A DNA stretch of 64,000 nucleotides from Eubacteriales bacterium (GTDB lineage: Bacteria; Bacillota; Clostridia; Oscillospirales; CAG-272), in contig JAZRFY010000027.1 in the NCBI GenBank assembly GCA_045643885.1, positions 8,230 to 72,229 of the forward strand, written 5' to 3'. The notes below the pieces were generated by a model that was not told the DNA's origin, searched no databases, and saw only the letters and a program-made list of their open reading frames with translations. Shown piece after piece: positions 58,756 to 64,000 of the stretch. Both the position numbers and the translations under genes were made by a program. Within the stretch, counting starts at the first letter, position 1, and each line of letters begins with the position of its first letter.

Positions 58756-60822
58756 ATGAAAAACATAATGAAAATAGTATCTCTTCTTATGGCTCTTGTT
58801 CTTACAGCATCTTTGTTTATTGGATGTGGAACCCTCGAACCTGAGATTCAGGTAAAAGAGATGGTTACCATTCAGTGGGTGCAGGGACAGAAGCTTTTGA
58901 AAGAAGAAATAGTTGAAAAAGGCTCAACACTTGAATCTTGGACTCCTGAAGTTGAAGGAATGGAATTCCAGGGTTGGTATGAGAGACCTTATATTAAGAG
59001 ATTCGACTTTACAAAGCCCGTTACAAAGAGCATGAGAATTTATGCTTCCTTCAAGAGCCTTAACGGTGGTGACGGCGGTGAAACCGAATACGAAGTACCC
59101 GACTGGTACCTCATCGGTGCAGGTAAGGGTGACCTTTCCAAGGCAAACAACTGGAACCATGAAGATGCTGCTAGACACCTTGGCTTGTTTGCCGGTGAGG
59201 ACGGTATCTACAAGGTTACATTGAACCTCTATGCGGGCGACCAGTTCAAGATGACTAAGGACTTTGGTTGGGATGCAGAAATGGCTATCGATAAGATGGC
59301 AGGCTATGCTAATGGTTCTGTTAAGGACGCAAACGGCAACGTAGTATTTACAGCGGGTGAAAACAACAACTTTGTTGTTGCTGAAGGCATGGACGGTAAG
59401 TACGAGATCACATACGATCCTAACTCCGGCTTGATGGGCTTCAACTTCCTTGAAGCACTCGAAGGTATGCCCGACGATATCCGTTTGATCGGTGATGCTA
59501 ACGGTTGGGGAACAACATACGGCGAAGAAGACTTCAAGTTCACAACTACAGATAATGAAAACTGGACTTACACTTGGGAAGTAACTTCTCCCACAACATT
59601 TAAGGTATATAACAACCTCTCCGGTGTATACTATCCCGGTGGTGTTGGCAATGACCTTCACATTGACGTGGCTGGTACATACGTAGTTCACTTCAATAGC
59701 AAGACAAGAGATATCGTTGTTACTGATGAAAACGGTAACACAGTTGACGTTGGATTCACATCCGGCGGCGGTGATAACGGTGGCAACTCCGGTACTACAG
59801 TAACTCCCAACGCTAACCCCGTTGATAAGGTTTACGTAGTTCTTAACTCCACTTGGGACGACGCTTCCTTGATGGGTGCTTGGGTATGGCCCGGTGACCA
59901 GTGGGTAGCTCTTAATCCTACAGCTGATCCTTTGGTATACGAAGTAAGCATTCCCGCAGGTGCTAACATGATCATCTTCGTTGACTTCAACTCCGACACA
60001 TCCGATTATAACTGGGATGCTAAGAGAGAGCAGACAGGTGACCTTGCAGTTCCCGATAAGTCTGACGATAAGATCTATTACCACGTAGCAACAGCTTCCT
60101 GGTCCAATAGCTCCGAATCCACAGGCGGCGGCAATACAGGTAGCGGAACAGGTTCTGAATCTACAGAATCCGTGACAATCTTCTTCCGTAACGACTGGTT
60201 GTGGACAAACGTTTCTTGCTACTACTGGGGTTCAACAACATCTCCCGAGTGGCCCGGTGCAGCAATGAATAAGGTTGGTTCTTCCGACGGTTATGACGTT
60301 TACTCTATCGAGATTCCTGCAGGTGTTACAGGACTTATTTTCAACGGTGTTAAGAACGATGGTTCAGGCGCTGTTGACCAGTCTCCTGACATTGCTACAG
60401 AAGGTCTTGTAAGTGGACAGGGCTTCAAGATGATTTGGAACGGTACTAATGCAGTTGATAGCTTTACATACGATCCTTCCGCATGTGTTCACTCCTACGT
60501 TGGTGGTGTTTGCAGCAGCTGTGGTGCAAGAATTGCTTACACAGTAGCAGGTACCGATACTCTTTGTGGTACAGGTTGGGATACAAACAACACAGCAAAC
60601 GATATGGAATGGGACGAAGCAGCTGGCGTTTATAAGAAGGTTTATACAGGCTTGGCAGAAGGTTCATACGAATTCAAGATCGTTCAGGACCACTCTTGGG
60701 GTGTAAACTGGGGCCAGGGTGGCCAAGGTGGCGGCAACTTCGTTGTTGAAGTAACAGCTAGCGGTTCAACACTTACAATTATCTTTGACGGTTCTACAGT
60801 AACTTTCGAAGTAACACAGTAA
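58756..60822 (+). CDS. surface lipoprotein with multiple starch-binding-type modules (CBM25/26- and X25-like)
   Basis: Lipobox FIGCG. Repeated W/Y-rich beta-sandwich modules such as VTIFFRNDWLWTNVSCYYWG...WPGAAM...IPAGVTGLIFN. Sits between the pullulanase and amylase genes. Confidence 0.7.
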   Translation: MKNIMKIVSLLMALVLTASLFIGCGTLEPEIQVKEMVTIQWVQGQKLLKEEIVEKGSTLESWTPEVEGMEFQGWYERPYIKRFDFTKPVTKSMRIYASFKSLNGGDGGETEYEVPDWYLIGAGKGDLSKANNWNHEDAARHLGLFAGEDGIYKVTLNLYAGDQFKMTKDFGWDAEMAIDKMAGYANGSVKDANGNVVFTAGENNNFVVAEGMDGKYEITYDPNSGLMGFNFLEALEGMPDDIRLIGDANGWGTTYGEEDFKFTTTDNENWTYTWEVTSPTTFKVYNNLSGVYYPGGVGNDLHIDVAGTYVVHFNSKTRDIVVTDENGNTVDVGFTSGGGDNGGNSGTTVTPNANPVDKVYVVLNSTWDDASLMGAWVWPGDQWVALNPTADPLVYEVSIPAGANMIIFVDFNSDTSDYNWDAKREQTGDLAVPDKSDDKIYYHVATASWSNSSESTGGGNTGSGTGSESTESVTIFFRNDWLWTNVSCYYWGSTTSPEWPGAAMNKVGSSDGYDVYSIEIPAGVTGLIFNGVKNDGSGAVDQSPDIATEGLVSGQGFKMIWNGTNAVDSFTYDPSACVHSYVGGVCSSCGARIAYTVAGTDTLCGTGWDTNNTANDMEWDEAAGVYKKVYTGLAEGSYEFKIVQDHSWGVNWGQGGQGGGNFVVEVTASGSTLTIIFDGSTVTFEVTQ

Positions 60823-60833
60823 TATAAAAATCC

Positions 60834-60866
60834 CCCCGCGCTCAAACGAGCGCGGGGTTCTTTTTT
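60834..60866 (+). terminator. Rho-independent terminator
   Basis: 10-bp GC stem ccccgcgctc/gagcgcgggg with loop aaac, followed by a T-run. Confidence 0.85.
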
Positions 60867-60925
60867 GCTTTGATTATGGATATTATAAACAAATAAAAGG
60901 GAAGCTTTTTGTGTATTATTTATCG

Positions 60926-60954
60926 TTGAAATTTGAAATAAATAATGATATAAT
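60926..60954 (+). promoter_or_regulatory. sigmaA-type promoter of the amylase gene (TTGAAA-17-TATAAT)
   Basis: Hexamers at 60926-60931 and 60949-60954. Confidence 0.45.
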
Positions 60955-61030
60955 ATAAAATGATAGAGTATGCGACTAATGTATATTTCGAAAGATGTTT
61001 TAACCGCTGAATGGCGGGGAAGGAGAATTA

Positions 61031-62686
61031 ATGAACAATTTCAGAAGAATTCGTTGCCTTGTGTCTATGTTGATACTTGCTGCAATGATTATGTCAACAT
61101 TTGTAGGATGTGACTTCAGTTGGATTTTAGATAATGTTGGAATCACAGACTCCAATAAGACACCGGGCTCTAATCACACACCTGTGGTTGACCCCATCGA
61201 TGATAACTACAGAACCTTGTACCAAATCTACGTAAGATCCTTTGCTGACTCCGACGGAGACGGCGTTGGTGATATCAGAGGTATTATCGAAACGTTTGAT
61301 TATCTTAATGATGGCGATATTACGTCAGGCAACGACCTTGGCGTTCAGGCGATTTGGCTCACACCCGTATTCAACGGTAACTCATCTCATAAATACGATG
61401 CTATCGATTTTTATGATATCGACCCCGAATTCGGTACTAAAGAAGACCTTATCGAGCTTGCAGAGCTTTGTGAATCAAGAAACGTTAAGCTTATTCTTGA
61501 CTTGGCACTTAACCACACATCCACGTCTAACGATTGGTTCAAGCAGTCCAAAAAGGCTCGCCAGAATGGTGATACGTCCAATAAATATTATAACTGGTAT
61601 AACTGGAGCACAACTCAAAAAAGCGGATATGTTCAGGTCAAGGGATATAACTTGTGGTATGAATCCTGGTTTGATACCGAGGGTGGTAGCATGCCCGAGC
61701 TTAACTACGATAACCAGGCTGTAAGAAATGAGATGCTCAATGTTGCAAAATATTGGCTCGATCTTGGTGTTGACGGCTTCCGTTTTGATGCAGTTAAGTA
61801 TATCTACTATAACGATCATACAAGATCTTCTTCTTTCTACGATTGGTACACATCCGAGCTTAGAAAGATCGATCCCGATATTTATCTTATTGGTGAGTGT
61901 TGGGATAGTGAAACCAATATGCTTAAGTACTATAAGGGCATGAACTGCTTTAACTTCTCAACTGCAGGAAACGGCGTAATTGCATCTGCAGCAAAGGGAA
62001 GTGGCGCTATCAGCACATTTGTGGATAATATCGTTTCTATTCAGAAAAAGATCAGCAATACAAACCCCAACGGTATGCTTTCTACATTCCTTTCTAACCA
62101 CGACCAGGATAGAAGTGCAGGATATCTTCCTAACGATAACCAGAAGAAGATGGCTGCAAGCCTCTACCTTCTCACACCCGGTACACCCGTAATCTACTAC
62201 GGTGAAGAAATTGGTATCAAGGGCTCAGGAGATTCTCCTGAGGACGCTAACCGCCGTCTTCCTATGAAATGGGGAGATGTTTGGACATGTGAGGTTTCCC
62301 GTCATGCAACGTACACAAACTATGACGCTTGGACAAATACTGTAGACGACCAGATCAGAGATGAAGATAGCTTGCTCAGACACTACGTTAACGTTTTGAA
62401 CGTTCGTCATAACTATCCCGCTATCGCGCGTGGTACTTATAGCGCTATTTACGGTGGCAAGGCATCATTTGGCGGTTTCTTTATCAAGTATAATGGCGAC
62501 CACCTTATCATCCTTCACAATACGTCTGCAACTGAAACTGTTACAGTAAATCTTAATTCACTTACAGGTCTTAAGGATAAGAACTTGAGTGAATATGAAG
62601 TGCTTGATTACATCGGTGTAAACGATGCAAGCATTGATGGAACAACTCTCACTCTTGGTCCTCAGACAACTGTAATTATTCACTAA
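61031..62686 (+). CDS. GH13 alpha-amylase family lipoprotein
   Basis: Lipobox FVGCD. GH13 regions LDLALNHTS, GVDGFRFDAVKY, GECW and FLSNHDQDR. Confidence 0.9.
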   Translation: MNNFRRIRCLVSMLILAAMIMSTFVGCDFSWILDNVGITDSNKTPGSNHTPVVDPIDDNYRTLYQIYVRSFADSDGDGVGDIRGIIETFDYLNDGDITSGNDLGVQAIWLTPVFNGNSSHKYDAIDFYDIDPEFGTKEDLIELAELCESRNVKLILDLALNHTSTSNDWFKQSKKARQNGDTSNKYYNWYNWSTTQKSGYVQVKGYNLWYESWFDTEGGSMPELNYDNQAVRNEMLNVAKYWLDLGVDGFRFDAVKYIYYNDHTRSSSFYDWYTSELRKIDPDIYLIGECWDSETNMLKYYKGMNCFNFSTAGNGVIASAAKGSGAISTFVDNIVSIQKKISNTNPNGMLSTFLSNHDQDRSAGYLPNDNQKKMAASLYLLTPGTPVIYYGEEIGIKGSGDSPEDANRRLPMKWGDVWTCEVSRHATYTNYDAWTNTVDDQIRDEDSLLRHYVNVLNVRHNYPAIARGTYSAIYGGKASFGGFFIKYNGDHLIILHNTSATETVTVNLNSLTGLKDKNLSEYEVLDYIGVNDASIDGTTLTLGPQTTVIIH

Positions 62687-62849
62687 TAATCACATAATAA
62701 AATTATAAAATCAATGCGTTTTTTTGTCGTCTTTTGGGGCACATAAAACGCATTGATATTTTTTGGAAAAATCTATTCGCAATTTGTTAAAAAATAAGCA
62801 AATCAATTTGTTAATAGTGCCAAAAATTTAGTAACTAGTAACAATGATA

Positions 62850-62878
62850 TTGACAAAATAGCATATAAGTATTATAAT
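62850..62878 (+). promoter_or_regulatory. sigmaA-type promoter of the binding-protein gene (TTGACA-17-TATAAT)
   Basis: Hexamers at 62850-62855 and 62873-62878. Confidence 0.5.
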
Positions 62879-62930
62879 ATTCAATGCACTAATAGTGTAA
62901 ATAAAATCTTTTTTAGGAGGAGAATCAGTT

Positions 62931-64000
62931 ATGAAAATAACTAGAATCTTATCATTCGTATTTGCAATCCTTATGCTTGCATCTTGCTTCGTTGCTTGTG
63001 AAGATCCCAAGCCCGAAGAAAAAGTTTATGACATCACATTGTGGGTTTCTACTACTGCAGGTGTTAAGGAATTCACACTTGAACAGGTTGAAGCATTCAA
63101 GGCTGCTCATCCTGAATACAAGTTCAACATCACAGTTGAAACAGTAGGTGAAGGCGATGCTGCTGCTGAAGTTCTTAAGGACGTTGCTACAGCTCCCGAT
63201 ATGTACTGCTTTGCACAGGACCAGATCTCTCGTCTTGTACAGGGTGGCGCTCTTGCACCTCTTGGCGTAAAGGCTACAGAAACAGTTAAGGCTAACAACG
63301 ACTCCGGTTCTGTTGGCGCTGCAACAGTTGGTGGCACAGTTTATGCATACCCCTTGACAGCTGATAACGGCTACTATCTCTACTACGACTCAAGCGTAGT
63401 TTCTGACGAACAGGCTAAGACACTTGAAGGCATTATCGAAGCTTGCGCAGCTAAGAACAAGAAGTTCGGTTACAACTTGACAAATGCTTGGATCATGGCT
63501 GGTTTCTTCTTCGCACAGCCCGTAGGTGGTGGCGATGCTCTTTGCTCATCCACATGGACATACTCCGAAGACGGTAAGAACGCAATCGCAGTTGACGATA
63601 ACTTCAACTCTGCAAACGGTCTCGTTGCTATGAAGGCTATGAACGCACTTGCTAACTCTGGTGTTTGGGTTGACTCTGCTGATAACTTCGGCGGCACAGG
63701 CGCTATCGTTACAGGTATCTGGAACGCAAACGCAGCAGAAGCTGAATACGGCGACAACATGAAGGCTACAAAGCTTCCCACATACACAGTAGACGGTAAG
63801 ACATACCAGATGGGTTCATTCTCCGGTTACAAGCTTATCGGTTGCAAGCCTCAGACAGACGATACAAAGGCTAAGATCTGTTCTGACCTTGCTCTTTACC
63901 TCACAAGTGGTGAGGCTCAGCTTGAGAGATACTACGAATTCCAGTGGGGTCCCTCTAACAAGGAAGCTCAGGCAAACGAAGACGTTCAGGGTAACGTACT
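62931..64000 (+). CDS. ABC transporter sugar (maltodextrin-type) substrate-binding lipoprotein; 3' end lies outside the window
   Basis: ATG 7 nt after AGGAGGAG. Lipobox LASCFVAC. Frame 3 is open to nt 64000. MalE-like pattern ...DMYCFAQDQISRLVQGGALAP... The ORF track missed it because it has no stop in the window. Confidence 0.8.
   Translation, partial: MKITRILSFVFAILMLASCFVACEDPKPEEKVYDITLWVSTTAGVKEFTLEQVEAFKAAHPEYKFNITVETVGEGDAAAEVLKDVATAPDMYCFAQDQISRLVQGGALAPLGVKATETVKANNDSGSVGAATVGGTVYAYPLTADNGYYLYYDSSVVSDEQAKTLEGIIEACAAKNKKFGYNLTNAWIMAGFFFAQPVGGGDALCSSTWTYSEDGKNAIAVDDNFNSANGLVAMKAMNALANSGVWVDSADNFGGTGAIVTGIWNANAAEAEYGDNMKATKLPTYTVDGKTYQMGSFSGYKLIGCKPQTDDTKAKICSDLALYLTSGEAQLERYYEFQWGPSNKEAQANEDVQGNV

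Noticed and set aside
58924-60084. 386-aa minus-strand ORF inside the starch-binding lipoprotein gene
   Set aside because: It is a shadow ORF for the same reason as above, with no ribosome-binding site and a compositionally implausible protein.

Overview
This is a 64-kb chromosomal segment from a moderately AT-rich Firmicute. The Clostridia-like assignment is an inference from gene content, GGAGG-type ribosome-binding sites and TTGACA-17-TATAAT promoters, not from any search. Most of the window is ordinary housekeeping: ecfA1-ecfA2-ecfT-truA, a ClpE-like AAA+ chaperone, ttcA/trmN6-like tRNA modification genes, ferredoxin, yaaT(PSP1)-holB, smpB, typA, addB-addA, nadE, hpf and rplS. There are two alpha-glucan blocks. 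One is a glycogen operon, glgC-glgD-glgA-glgP plus a cytoplasmic GH13 enzyme (13.2-21.4 kb). The other is a starch/maltodextrin utilisation locus (54.4-64 kb) with malQ, a lipoprotein pullulanase, a multi-CBM starch-binding lipoprotein, a lipoprotein alpha-amylase and a MalE-like binding protein. One RNA gene is clear: tmRNA (ssrA, 27652-28044, minus strand). The most unusual region lies just downstream of the ssrA 3' end. It is a visibly AT-richer block of about 2.8 kb (24.7-27.5 kb) bounded by 41-nt direct repeats that each contain a terminator hairpin. The block has its own promoter and a two-gene operon. The first gene encodes a protein with 7 treble-clef zinc-ribbon repeats and an embedded Vsr/DUF559-like PD-(D/E)xK nuclease domain. 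The second encodes a 187-aa protein with an Rx4H (HEPN-like) motif. A 44-nt tandem non-coding repeat follows the operon, and no recombinase is present. I read this as a candidate nuclease/RNase defence or toxin islet that I cannot assign to a named system. Other oddities are a GC-rich structured orphan intergenic element (8.25-8.43 kb), a 5'-deoxynucleotidase/guanylate-kinase-like fusion, a 989-aa acidic membrane protein translationally coupled to a GEETPD-repeat protein, and a perfect 34-bp palindrome in a divergent promoter. I found no rRNA, tRNA, CRISPR array, transposase or integrase. All calls come from reading the translations and sequence by eye, with no database search.
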